Shown: piece after piece, positions 36,820 to 47,846 of the stretch
Layout: each line of letters starts with the position of its first letter
Position numbering within the stretch: position 1 is the stretch's first letter
Program-made: the position numbers and the translations under genes
Assembly (NCBI RefSeq): GCF_033153115.1
Contig: NW_026889758.1
Span: 4,216,001 to 4,280,000 of the forward strand
Source: Saccostrea echinata
Lineage: Eukaryota
Reading direction: 5' to 3'
DNA length: 64,000 nt
Notes under the pieces: model-generated
The model's database searches: none
The model's input: the letters and a program-made list of their open reading frames with translations, nothing else
What the model was told of the DNA's origin: nothing

Positions 36820-39800
36820 CTACAGGTCTTCGCTAGATTCAGCCTGTGCTTCCGTTAGTTCGTATTTCTTTTCGATTCCTACAATACCACAGTCGATGAT
36901 TTTTACCGTTTTCTTGGGGACCGCTGTTCTGCTGTCTGTGGGGGTTTCTCCAATGGTTCGTATTACATCCTATGAAAGACAAAGAATTATATATATTATA
37001 TATAGGGCTACCTAAATTCGTCCAATAAAGAAAAGTTTCTAAAATCGAACTTATAATTTTGACCCAAGGCTAGCAATGGATGGGTTCTTGTGTTTGTTAT
37101 AATCTTCTGGAGTAACTTACCATTCCTTTGATAACCTTTCCAAATACGACGTGCTTGCCATCTAGCCATCTAGCTTTGTTCAGAAGAATGAAGAACTGGG
37201 AGCCGTTGGTGTCTTGGCCATGGTTAGCCATAGATACATACCCAGCAGCTTTGTGACTCAGCTCAAAGTTCTCGTCAACGAATGTTGGTCCGTAGATGCT
37301 CTCGCCTGAAAGGTCAAATGTTATCTGTAGTCTTCTTTCAGTGATAATAACAAATGTTTGTTAAACTATGGAAGTCCAGCAGGTTTAATATAAACGTACT
37401 AATATATATACTTATTGAAATTGATTTTAGTGAATTATATATGTCTTTTTGATTGAATATAAATGCAAAAGTTTATTATTGGCTTGTACGAAGTTGCAAA
37501 ATACACAAATTAGAAACGATCAAAATCAACAACAAAAAAGCAAAGAAAAAAATTTTCTTTTAGAGGAGGAATTTCATTTTACACATGCTTGAAATACGAA
37601 GTGTCGAAAATAAGAAATAGAATCAAAATGGTTTAGAAGATAGGTACCTCCAGTTCCATCGCCAACGGTGATGTCTCCCATCTGAATAATGAAATCTGGA
37701 ACTATTCTGTGGATCAGGGATCGCTTGTATGTTAAGGTTTTCTGTAAACAAAATTAAAACAATTTTTGATATTTTAGGAAAAAACTCCTTTTATAAGCTT
37801 AATGTATAAGTCCTTGCTTTAAAGATATGTTTGTTTGTTTGTTTGTTTGTTTTTTTTTTTTTTGGGGGGGGGGGTCTTTTTTTTTTTTAATTCCGTGTGT
37901 TTGTTTATTTAGTGACTAAAATCAAGAATAAATCTGTCGAAGGACTTTTTTTTTCTTTCCACGTGTTGATATGTCCACGTCTGCACTCGTGTCAGATCCC
38001 GCTTTCCCTTTGTTCTACAGAAGATCGAAGTATATAAGCAGCTGTTGCTCAACGACTCAATCGGACTATTGAAATTTCTCAATCGATTATAAAGACACAT
38101 GTATGTAAGTTAGGACTCTTGTAAAGCTGTGTGAGACTCGTCTTAACTGTTATTTAACATAATTTTATTTTTCATAATTTTTCCTTTAATTTATCCACTG
38201 TTCCATTTATCAGTGATTGTTAATTAAGAGGGATATTTAAAAACATCCTGTATACAACTTCATAATATTCAACCGTTTCATAGAAATAATATTTATTTAT
38301 ATGAATAAAAACTTGAAAAAAAATTTGCGTATGTTGTATCTTATCTAACTGAGGAAATAAATAACGATAACCCGTTTGAACGGATCTTCCGAAAAGCATA
38401 AACTAATTAATTTAAAGAAAACACAAACAAGCTTCAGGTTTTTATAATGTTTTCCATCAAAATTAAACGGTAATGTGTGTATAAGCCAGGCCCGTTGAAA
38501 GCACAACTGATTAAAAATTAGGAGTTCATGAGGGGGTAAGATCGTAAATGAATATGTTTTCTATTGTATAGTATACGTTGACAAAATTACTGGGAGGGAC
38601 ACCCTACCCCGTGTCTCACTTTCCGGTTCCTACAGATTTGGCTTTATTTCACGATGAATACTACATACTATGAAAACTAGGATATTCAGATTTCTCTAAA
38701 CCAGAAGTTCGAATATGACCCCAGATGTAAACCTAACCTAAACCTAGTATTAACGCTTACTCTGACTTTTACCTTAGCTCCAACTCTAACCTAAGCCTTA
38801 CGTTAGCTCAAACCCTAGCCCTTAGTTCTAACCCTAGCCCTAAGCCTTACGTTAGCTATAACATTAACACTAGCCCTAAACCTTATCTTAGCTATAACCT
38901 TAACACTAACCCTAGCCCTAAGCCTTACTTAACTTATAACCCTAACTCTTAGCCTTCCCTTAGCTATAACCCTATCCCTAAACCTTCCCTTAGCCTTTAT
39001 TCTAGCCCTAAGCCTTACCTTAGCTATAACACTAACTCTTAGCCTTACCTTAGCTATTACCCTAGCCCTAAGCCTTACTTAACTATAACCCTAGCCCTAA
39101 GCCTTAGCTATTACCCTAGCCCTAAGCCTTTCCTTAGCTATTACCCTAGCCCCAAGCCTTACCTTAGCTATTACCCTAGCCCTAAGCCTTACCTTAGCTT
39201 TAGCCATAACTCTCATCCTAGCCCTAAGCTTTACTTAAGCTTTAATCCTAACCCTAACGCTAGCCCTTACCCTTACCCTAGCTCTTACCTAACTTTAGCA
39301 CTAGAACCCTATTATTTCATTTATTGCAACATTATCTAGTGTTAAGGCATTCGGTTACTGTTAACGAACAAGATACAAGATTTTATTAGTCCAATTTGGG
39401 TCCCCGGAGGAGCAAAAAAGATTTACAAACATGAAACAATAGAAGGAGGAGGATCCAAATGATAAAACAAACATGATCTTTAATATAATGAACAAATGCA
39501 CATCGTTTTAAAAGAATGACATCCATGCAAAAGACACCATGCCTCGTGAAAGACCTTATTAGTTATTTTCATGCGAATTTCAATCCATCCCCTCATCAAC
39601 TCGGATCCAAATTTTGATCTCGACGTACAGGGTGCCAGGCTACTTTGTGGTATACCAGTGGGTACTTACTGAGCCTCATTTGTATCCTCTAGCCAATGAA
39701 TGGAACTTATTGAGCCTCGTTTGTATTTTTTAGCCAATGATTGGTACTTACTGAGCCTCTTTTGTATCCTTTAGCTAATGATTGGTACTTAATGAGCCTT

Positions 39801-40052
39801 ACTTGTATCCTCTAGCCAATGATTGGTACTTACTGAGCCTCTTTTGTATCCTTTAGCTAATGATTGGAAGTTCATTGTTGTCATCGGACATTTGTCTCCA
39901 AACAATGCCACGACGAACCTTCCTCTGTAGTCCTCGCCGATGCCATCGAAGTCTTTGATTTCGACATCAAACCAGGCCTCCTCTGTTACCGTGTAATTTT
40001 TGTGACCTTGTACTGCCGCGATGAGGACGATGAAGAGAAACAAAGCTGCCAT
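36820..40052 (-). CDS. PPIB: Secretory-pathway cyclophilin (peptidyl-prolyl cis-trans isomerase B-like), 215 aa
   Basis: Exons 40052-39834, 37741-37648, 37305-37121 and 36969-36820, GT-AG and in phase. Signal peptide [16 protein letters not shown]; motifs [56 protein letters not shown]; ends SEDL. Could be a PPIB paralogue rather than the orthologue. Confidence 0.9.
38728..39310. repeat. Degenerate telomere-like hexamer minisatellite (~30-bp higher-order unit)
   Basis: taaccc-tagccc-taagcc-ttacct-tagcta-type units, related to (CCCTAA)n, in the first coding intron of the cyclophilin. Confidence 0.85.
39659..39867 (-). repeat. 41-bp minisatellite (5 copies) spanning the cyclophilin first-coding-exon donor
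   Basis: Minus-strand unit ccaatcattagctaaaggatacaaaagaggctca|gtaagta. The first copy is the exon end ([11 protein letters not shown]). Confidence 0.95.
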
Positions 40053-40974
40053 GCCGGGCCTGTCGCAGTAAATAATAACTTAAATAATACGTGTCAAGGG
40101 TTTTTTTCATTTAAAAAAAAATCCTCAGATTGGTAGGCGTCCTTTCGTGAAATGTTCAAATTGGTCGAAATAAAAGTTATCAAAGAAACAACAATTTCTT
40201 CATAATTCAAAGTTTTACTACTCTTGCTGATATGCTGAAATAAAAAAGTTCTATTAAATAAAAACAATAATTAAGATAAATTTGAAAAAAAAAAATACCT
40301 GTGGGAAATTTCATTGAGTAAAAGTTTGGCTGCATTTGTAATTGTCTTACCTTGATAAGATGATGTAAAATCAAAAGATAAATGTAGTAAGTGGACGCAT
40401 CACTGTCCCAATCTTTCTTATAAAGGAATGTGATCGCCACGAAACAAGATTCGCGAAATCCAATCGAATCCTCCCCATCTGGTGCGACGAGAGCATCACA
40501 TGGTCGATTTCTTACGACGCGGACACGTTTCTACGATAGTTACTGGACTAGGTATACTGCACAATTATGTGACACATAGACAAAAAGAACTCGGTTATTG
40601 ACAATCTATGTGGACTGCGATTTATTTTCTATTATTTTGATGTTATACGTGTACAATGGGAGGGCACTGGATGATGCGAAGATTGATTTGGGGATGTGTC
40701 AGTTTAAATCTAATTTACGTGTGTAGTATTTCTACACAAATTTTATCCTCAGAGGCAAATTGTATGTCCCCCGTCTTTGATGATTTAAAATATATGATTT
40801 TTTTTGTTGTTGCAATTAATGCAACACCGCTAATTTGAACCTGCTAATTCTTCAGATGATTCAAGAATCTTATTTTAAAAAATCTTTAAAATAATATTGC
40901 TGGGATTTTTCACCTTGAGTTAAAACGTATTTGAAAATCAAGGAAGAAAATATTTCATTATGACGATCTGATAC

Positions 40975-41078
40975 CTTACGGCCTCCTGCGTCCCCGGGGC
41001 ACGGACAGGATAAGTAATTAATTCTGATACTTAAATAACTTTCATTGCTGCTCTCATCACATCAGTGTGACCACGTCA
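40975..41078 (-). promoter_or_regulatory. Candidate cyclophilin promoter and short non-coding first exon with a UPRE-like site
   Basis: On the minus strand: TGACGTGG (41078-41071), TATTTAA (41037-41031), a GC-rich short exon ending AAG|GTATCA at 40975, and acceptor cag| 7 nt before the ATG. Confidence 0.45.
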
Positions 41079-41149
41079 CCTTCAGCATCACAGCCATTAC
41101 AAAGGCTTTACTTGATTTATCAAACACTATACGTGTAAACCCGTACTGC

Positions 41150-41374
41150 ACCGTAGGATGCAAGGGGGGGGGGGGGGCACAACCAAACCTTTTCAGTTTT
41201 TGGGAAGCATTGCCAAGCAAAATTTCCTTGACAGGCAAAAAAGGGGGGTCCGACATTATCATTGAAGGGGTGCTATTTATGTTTTCTATAGTATACTATA
41301 TATCGGCAAAATTATTAGGGAGAACCCCTCTCTCTCTCCCCCCCCCCCCCCCCCCCCGGTTCCTGCAGTCATGA
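41150..41374. mobile_element. Short MITE with G/C-run subtermini
   Basis: ccgtaggatgc..poly-G ... poly-C ggttcctgc. Shares internal sequence (aattccttgaca..gacattat.attga.ggg..ttctatagta) with 61216-61450. Confidence 0.6.
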
Positions 41375-42571
41375 CTTAATACTGCAGTTGTGGTTATGTA
41401 TGCTTCTTTTGCTCATTTTCTGTTCGTACAAAAACTATCACTTATCTCCATCTTAATAATGTTTAAAATGTTATTTATTCTTCGATGATCAGTAACTTGT
41501 TTAAATCAATATTTTGAAATTTTTATTTTTTTCTTCTCCACATTACTTTGGATATTTGTTATGTTTTCCATTACTGTTTCTTGTTTGATATGTGGCATTT
41601 ATTTTACAGGGTTGATTTCACCTTGATCAGTGTAACACGTGTCCAATATCATCTTTTGTGCCGTGTCTTAAACACAGATTGAGACGCTGCGGTCGCGACA
41701 CAAAACTGAAGAGAAAAAAAAAATCAATCTGCTCAATGAAATTTCTGTGAACATGATAATTGTGCATTTTAATTGGAACAGTGATGAAAATTGATTTGTA
41801 GTTTTATATTAGCCTTTTCCACACTTTTAGAAATTCTAAACGTTAAATCCTAAGTTGTGGTCCCACTAATTAAAATTAAATATGAAGTAACATCCAGTTT
41901 TCCCCGTATACAACAAATGTGGGAGGTGAAAATTTAGATTCCCTCGTGAAGTTCCCAATCTCCTCGCGAGCCCTAGAAAGTGAGCTGTGAGTATTCATTC
42001 AATTTAATTCATTCATGATTCTCTTAATTGCAGATTTTAATTTTTTTTATTTCAAATTTCATGTCGCATGTTTGAATTATGTATAAAAAAAATTACAGAT
42101 TTAATATTACATCCTTTTAGAAAATATAGGTGGTGATGGTAATTTCATCTGTTACGTGTAATGGACTGGTAAACAATTACACAGGTACGTAATGGGCTAC
42201 AGCCTTAGCTTCATAGGATTGAAAACAAAGTCCAACCTGTGTACTTAAAATATTAAGACAATGAAACCTTTTGAAACCTCCATGATCATTTGTATATAAT
42301 AGTCTGTCAAATAGATGTAATATTGTAAATTTGAATTTACCGGGTGGTAGTATTTAAAAATTACAATATGACACAGACCATAAATACAATGTCCTAAAGG
42401 GGAATTTCGCTCAAATGAACAATAATCATTCGTTTATATCAATGAGTTTTTCATCAACCGTAAAACTGTTGTAAAACAGAAGTTGTTGTAAATAACAATA
42501 AATTACTTATTGGTGTCATTTATAGACCACCCAACTCTAAGGCAGAATATTGGGATCATTTTCTATTCAAC

Positions 42572-45355
42572 ATGCAGCAAGCACTTGATTTAAATATTCC
42601 CATCATACTGTTAGGCGATTTCAATATTAATATGTTGTCTGACCAAAGCAAACACTTTAAACTTATGTTACAGAGACTTAGTTTAACAAATCTTATAAAG
42701 AATGCTACTAATTTCACAACCAAAACAGGGACATGTATTGATCTCATTTTGACCAACAATACCAGCTTAATCGCAAATCATGATACAACATCACCCTTCT
42801 GTAGCTCTCACTGTGTGACTAGTGTAGAGGTAAAATTCACTGTTCATAAACAGTATGCCTATAAAAGGGAAGTGAAAAATTATGAAAAAGCGAATTTTCA
42901 TGAACTTAATGAAGAATTATTACAAGTTGATTGGGACAATACAGTATTCAATTCTGAAAATATTAATGAAACATATTCCAACTTTGTTTGTTCTCTAAAT
43001 AAATGTATTGATAAACACATTCCTAAAAAAACTATTACCATTAGACCAAGAGATAAAGTTTTTATGAATAATACTATACGTAAACTAATGAGAAAACGAA
43101 ATAGGATTCACTATAAAGCAAAACATACAGACAATCCACTACACTGGCAGTCATATAGAGAAATTAGAAATACAGTTATTAATGAAATTCGAAAATCCTG
43201 TGAAAAGTATAACAAAAAAATGTCGTCAATGATTGATAAATCGATTCCTCCTGGGAAATGGTGGAGGATTGTCAAATCAATATCAAAACTTAATAAAAAT
43301 TATGAACCATTACCACCATTAAAATCAAATGGAAAACTTATTTTTCATCCAATAGAAAAAGCTTTAGTTTTAAATAAATATTTTGCCCAGGTTTCCTCCA
43401 TTAATAACGAACCAGATATTCCTCTTCATGGACCCGGTCCACCACAACAGAATATTAACATTTTTCCTGAAATAATTATCACAGAAGCTGAAGTTTATGA
43501 TCAATTATGTATCATTGATAACAGTAAACCTCCTGGTCCTGATGGCATATCTCCAAGAGTGTTAAAAGAAATCTCCATTTCAATTAAAAAGCCTCTGACA
43601 AATCTCTTCAATATGTCATTAAGGGAAAAAAAGCTACCAGACATCTGGAAATTATCACAGATTACACCCGTCTTTAAAAATAAAGGGAGTGCTCAAGAAG
43701 TATCTAATTATAGACCAATATCTCTTACAAGTGTTCTGTGTAAAATAATGGAAAAAATACTTTTTAAACATTTACATAATTTTATGAATGATAATAATAT
43801 TATATACAAATATCAGTCTGGTTTCCAACCTGGAGATTCAACTGTCAATCAACTGGTAGAGATATATAATACTATTATTTCAAATCTTGATAAAGGAAAA
43901 GATGTAAGATTTATCTTTTGTGATATTTCAAAAGCATTCGATAAAGTATGGCATAAAGGCCTGTTAACTAAACTAACAAATTATGGTATTAATGGCAATG
44001 TATTAGGTTGGATTGAGAATTATTTGTCTGATAGACAACAAAAAGTTGTAATAGATGGTTTTACATCAAACCCTGAAACGGTAAATGCTGGTGTTCCTCA
44101 GGGTTCTGTTCTGGGACCATTTCTATTTCTTTTGTACATTAATGATATTTGTGATGATCTAGTTAATAATATAAGACTCTTTGCTGATGACACTTCTTTA
44201 TATGCTATTGTAGACAATGGAAATGTAGCACAATCTCTTACTGATGATCTAGAACATATTGATAAATGGTCAAAGAAATGGCTGGTTGATTTTAATCCTA
44301 ATAAAACTGTGAATTTAAATTTTAGTAGAAAAAACTTTGTATATTCTCCTGTTAAATTTGGCGAACATGGCCCAGATATTATTCAGAAAAATTCTCATAC
44401 TCATCTAGGCTTACATTTTCAAAGAGATGCCACGTGGACATCACACATACAAATAATTCATGAAAAAGCTACAAAAAGATTAAACATTCTTAGAATGCTT
44501 AAGTACAAGGTTACACGTAAAACACTTGTTAAAATATATTTTGCATTTATTCGACCTGTAATGGAGTATTCTGATGTTGTTTGGGACAATTGTTCTGAAA
44601 AAGATTCTAAACTTTTAGAAGACATACAAGTTGAAGCAGGCAGAATTATCACTGGATTAAGATGTAACTCTTCTCGTTCAAAATTGTATGATGAACTAGG
44701 ATGGGATCTTCTAAAAACAAGGAGAAAAATTCATAAGCTTATATTGTTTTATAAAATTATTAATGGTTATTCCCCTCAATATTTGTATGATTTGATTGAA
44801 CCCTATCACCCATCAATTCATTCTTATAATCTCAGAACCAATGTTGTACAATTCAAAATTCCTAATATTAGAACAACATCTTATATGGAAAGTTTTCTTC
44901 CCTCTACAGTCAAACAATGGAATATCTTGCCAGATTATATTAAAAATGCTCCTGGAATATGTTCATTTAAGAGTCTCTTAAAATCCTATTTTTGTAGAAA
45001 AAGTAATGAACTTTTTCATTTTGGAGTAAGAAAATATAATATAATACATTGTCAGATAAGGAATAATGCCAGTAATTTGATGGCAGATTTATATAATCAA
45101 TGTTTAGCAGAAACTCCAATGTGTGAACATTGTGCTGGCAGTATTGAAGATGCCTACCATTACTTTTCTGTATGTCCAAGATATACAATTCCAAGAAATG
45201 TACTTTTTCAATCAATACATAATATTATAAATTGTGACTATATATCTGAATGTGATTTATTGTTAAATGGTAGTTCTAATCATGGACTTGATATTAATAT
45301 ACAAATATTTGAAGCTGTACACACATTTATAGCAGCAACAAAGCGATTTATATAA
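42572..45355 (+). CDS. LINE ORF2: partial APE endonuclease, reverse transcriptase and C-terminal CCHC motif
   Basis: The frame is open upstream of the Met (LLIGVIYRPPNS), so the ORF is truncated within the endonuclease. Motifs: LGDFN, IDLI, PGPDG, NYRPISL, DISKAFD, GVPQGSVLGP, FADD, CEHC-x8-H-x4-C. No stops over 927 aa. Confidence 0.93.
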   Translation: MQQALDLNIPIILLGDFNINMLSDQSKHFKLMLQRLSLTNLIKNATNFTTKTGTCIDLILTNNTSLIANHDTTSPFCSSHCVTSVEVKFTVHKQYAYKREVKNYEKANFHELNEELLQVDWDNTVFNSENINETYSNFVCSLNKCIDKHIPKKTITIRPRDKVFMNNTIRKLMRKRNRIHYKAKHTDNPLHWQSYREIRNTVINEIRKSCEKYNKKMSSMIDKSIPPGKWWRIVKSISKLNKNYEPLPPLKSNGKLIFHPIEKALVLNKYFAQVSSINNEPDIPLHGPGPPQQNINIFPEIIITEAEVYDQLCIIDNSKPPGPDGISPRVLKEISISIKKPLTNLFNMSLREKKLPDIWKLSQITPVFKNKGSAQEVSNYRPISLTSVLCKIMEKILFKHLHNFMNDNNIIYKYQSGFQPGDSTVNQLVEIYNTIISNLDKGKDVRFIFCDISKAFDKVWHKGLLTKLTNYGINGNVLGWIENYLSDRQQKVVIDGFTSNPETVNAGVPQGSVLGPFLFLLYINDICDDLVNNIRLFADDTSLYAIVDNGNVAQSLTDDLEHIDKWSKKWLVDFNPNKTVNLNFSRKNFVYSPVKFGEHGPDIIQKNSHTHLGLHFQRDATWTSHIQIIHEKATKRLNILRMLKYKVTRKTLVKIYFAFIRPVMEYSDVVWDNCSEKDSKLLEDIQVEAGRIITGLRCNSSRSKLYDELGWDLLKTRRKIHKLILFYKIINGYSPQYLYDLIEPYHPSIHSYNLRTNVVQFKIPNIRTTSYMESFLPSTVKQWNILPDYIKNAPGICSFKSLLKSYFCRKSNELFHFGVRKYNIIHCQIRNNASNLMADLYNQCLAETPMCEHCAGSIEDAYHYFSVCPRYTIPRNVLFQSIHNIINCDYISECDLLLNGSSNHGLDINIQIFEAVHTFIAATKRFI

Positions 45356-45411
45356 ATACTGTCATATACATATGTGGTATATTGTAATATTTTCAATTTT
45401 TCCAAACCGGT

Positions 45412-45557
45412 NNNNNNNNNNNNNNNNNNNNNNNNNNNNNNNNNNNNNNNNNNNNNNNNNNNNNNNNNNNNNNNNNNNNNNNNNNNNNNNNNNNNNNNNN
45501 NNNNNNNNNNNNNNNNNNNNNNNNNNNNNNNNNNNNNNNNNNNNNNNNNNNNNNNNN
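45412..45557. other. Assembly gap (146 N)
   Basis: Run of N within the LINE 3' UTR. Confidence 1.
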
Positions 45558-46419
45558 TTTGCCTTCTGTATCTTTGTTCATTTTTGTTTTTGCTTTCTTC
45601 TTTTGTACATTCTTACTTTTGCTTTAATAATTAATTTACTGTGTATTTGCCTTGACCTTGATGTAGGGAGAGGGCTAAAATAGGCTGAGCCTGCTGCCCA
45701 ATCCTATTCACTCTTACATCTGTGAATAAAATATTGTTTAAATTAAATCAACCGTAAAACTACATTGAAGTTTAACTGTGTGATTGCACTGCCCTGTAAA
45801 CGTGGTCAAGTCATCAAATTTAGTTTATTTAGTGTTCTAATGTTTGCGATGTTTTAATCACATCTACACATATCCCTAATTTCCCACAGTAATTAAACAT
45901 ACGTAAACTTGTGATTTATGGATTAAGGACCCTCTATACATTAATGAAAAATATTTTTTGAACATTGAGAAAATTATGTCATATAATGGTGTAAATACTG
46001 TGCCTGTCTATTTCATTTTCAACAGAGGGAACCTGCCATTTACCCCCAGTAAAATTTTCCAAGACAACATAGTATTAATGAACAGAAATCACTGTTGCTT
46101 ATTTAAATGGAGAAAATACATGCAAATAAAGAGTTCAATTAATTTATCTTGTCCTTATAAAATGTTAGAAATGTTTGAATTGATTACATATAGAGTAATA
46201 TGCTATAGATTTCAGTTTATTCAATTTTCTATCTAGGGGCATATCACTCAAACTGCTTAAAAATACCATGGAATCAGAACTCTTAAATGTGCAGTGTATA
46301 GAGGGGTCGTTAATATTGTTTAATACTTACTTACTTAGTAACATGTAGCTCTCCTTAGTCAAACATAAACTCTACTTCATTTAACACTGATTGCTAGATT
46401 CTATCAACGTCTCATTAAG

Positions 46420-46880
46420 TATAGGATGAGTTGCGGATAAGAGATGGGTACCCCCAATATTATAGAAAGAATGGCAGTGCATGTCCATGTTTTCTAGTGG
46501 GAAAACCCCAAAATATGTGTTTGATCAAAAAGTGAAATAAGAGGCACACAATGGCACTATGTAAAAAAGATTCTGTGAAAGTCTCATTCATTTTATTCAG
46601 TGGTATAGGAGGAGTTGTGGATAAGATATGGGGACCCCCAATATTATAGAAAGAATGGCAGTGTCCATGTTTTCTTGTGGGAAACCCCAAATTTACATGT
46701 GTCTGATCAAAAAGTGAGATAGAAGGCACAAAATGGCACTATGTAAAAAAAATTATCTGAAAGTCTCATTCAGTTTTATTCAGTGGTATAGGTAGAGTTG
46801 CTAATACGAGATGGGTACCCCCAAGCAAAACGGAGGGACGGACTGACACCCCATTACTATATACCCTCTCTTTTCAAGCA
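46420..46880 (-). mobile_element. Helentron-type fragment with ~175-bp tandem units
   Basis: About 2.3 copies of ggg.acccccaatattatagaaagaatggcagtg..., then ggacggactgac..actatataccc, the reverse of the typical 5' end. Confidence 0.55.
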
Positions 46881-47250
46881 TCATCATGGCCCGACTAGTA
46901 GGATGAGGCCATGATAGGGGATGAAAAATTAAATCTTCTCCATAGAAATATAAAATATTATAAAAAGGAAGCTCTAAAATTAGGGATGAAATTTACAAAT
47001 TTCATGTATACAGGGAAATTTTTTTTCTCTCTCAAAATTTCACAGCAATTGCCTTGTAAATCATATTGAAGCATCCCGATGTTTTGTAGATTTAAGTTTG
47101 AAAGTATGACCCCTAAGGGTTAGGATAGGATCATAGTATGGGGTAAAAATTGGCCATGGTAATAAAGAGGAAAGAAATCGTTTTAAAGAACTGAAGAACA
47201 GCAAGGCCAAGGTGAGTAAGGTAAGCGTTGTGGCCTATGGGCCTCTTATT
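46880..47250 (+). mobile_element. HINE 3' fragment
   Basis: Similar to the 3' part of 35098-36140; ends gtaagcgttgtggcctatgggcctctt. Confidence 0.55.
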
Positions 47251-47846
47251 AGTTAGCTTTAAAATGAGGTTAAATTAGGGCATAGTACAAGTGAAAGTTC
47301 AAGGTAAATTATTCTTGAAATTGTATATACGTAATATGATATTTTACTTGTATAACTTATTGTCATGTAATTTCGGTGGAGATTCGGTTCGGCTAGAAGG
47401 CGTCAGACCAAATATCTAGCCGAGCCGAATCTCCACCGAGATTTATTGTCATGACGTTTACTTATCATTAAAGGACATGTTGCTTGTTTCTCAATTACTT
47501 GGAATGAAAAGCTTACCCCGATAGCGATCACGTGATTGTGTGACGTCAAATAATGGAAATAACACACAAAATAAAAACAAAAATTGCTGCAAAGCAACGT
47601 GAAGAAGTCGCGTATGAGTAAAGACAGGCGGGGGGGGGGGGGGTGAAATAAATTCGCAGAAAAGCAGAAAGGCCTATATTAGTACTTGTATCTTCATCTC
47701 GAAGATGTCAGAGCATTTCCACATAGAGGCTGTTGACTACATTAAGTGATTGGACTTTTGATAAGTTGTTTGAAATTGGACTTAAATTAACAAATGACAA
47801 AATGATTTAAGTTGACAAATGATGAATTGTTTGAAATTGGGCTTAA

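Larger units (their letters stand above)
42468..45746 (+). mobile_element. 5'-truncated CR1-group non-LTR retrotransposon with 15-bp TSD
   Basis: TSD atcaaccgtaaaact at 42453-42467 and 45747-45761. 3' UTR ends aataaaatattgtttaaattaa. Contains an assembly gap. Confidence 0.92.

Noticed and set aside
45372-45683. ORFs containing X runs
   Set aside because: Artefacts of the N gap.
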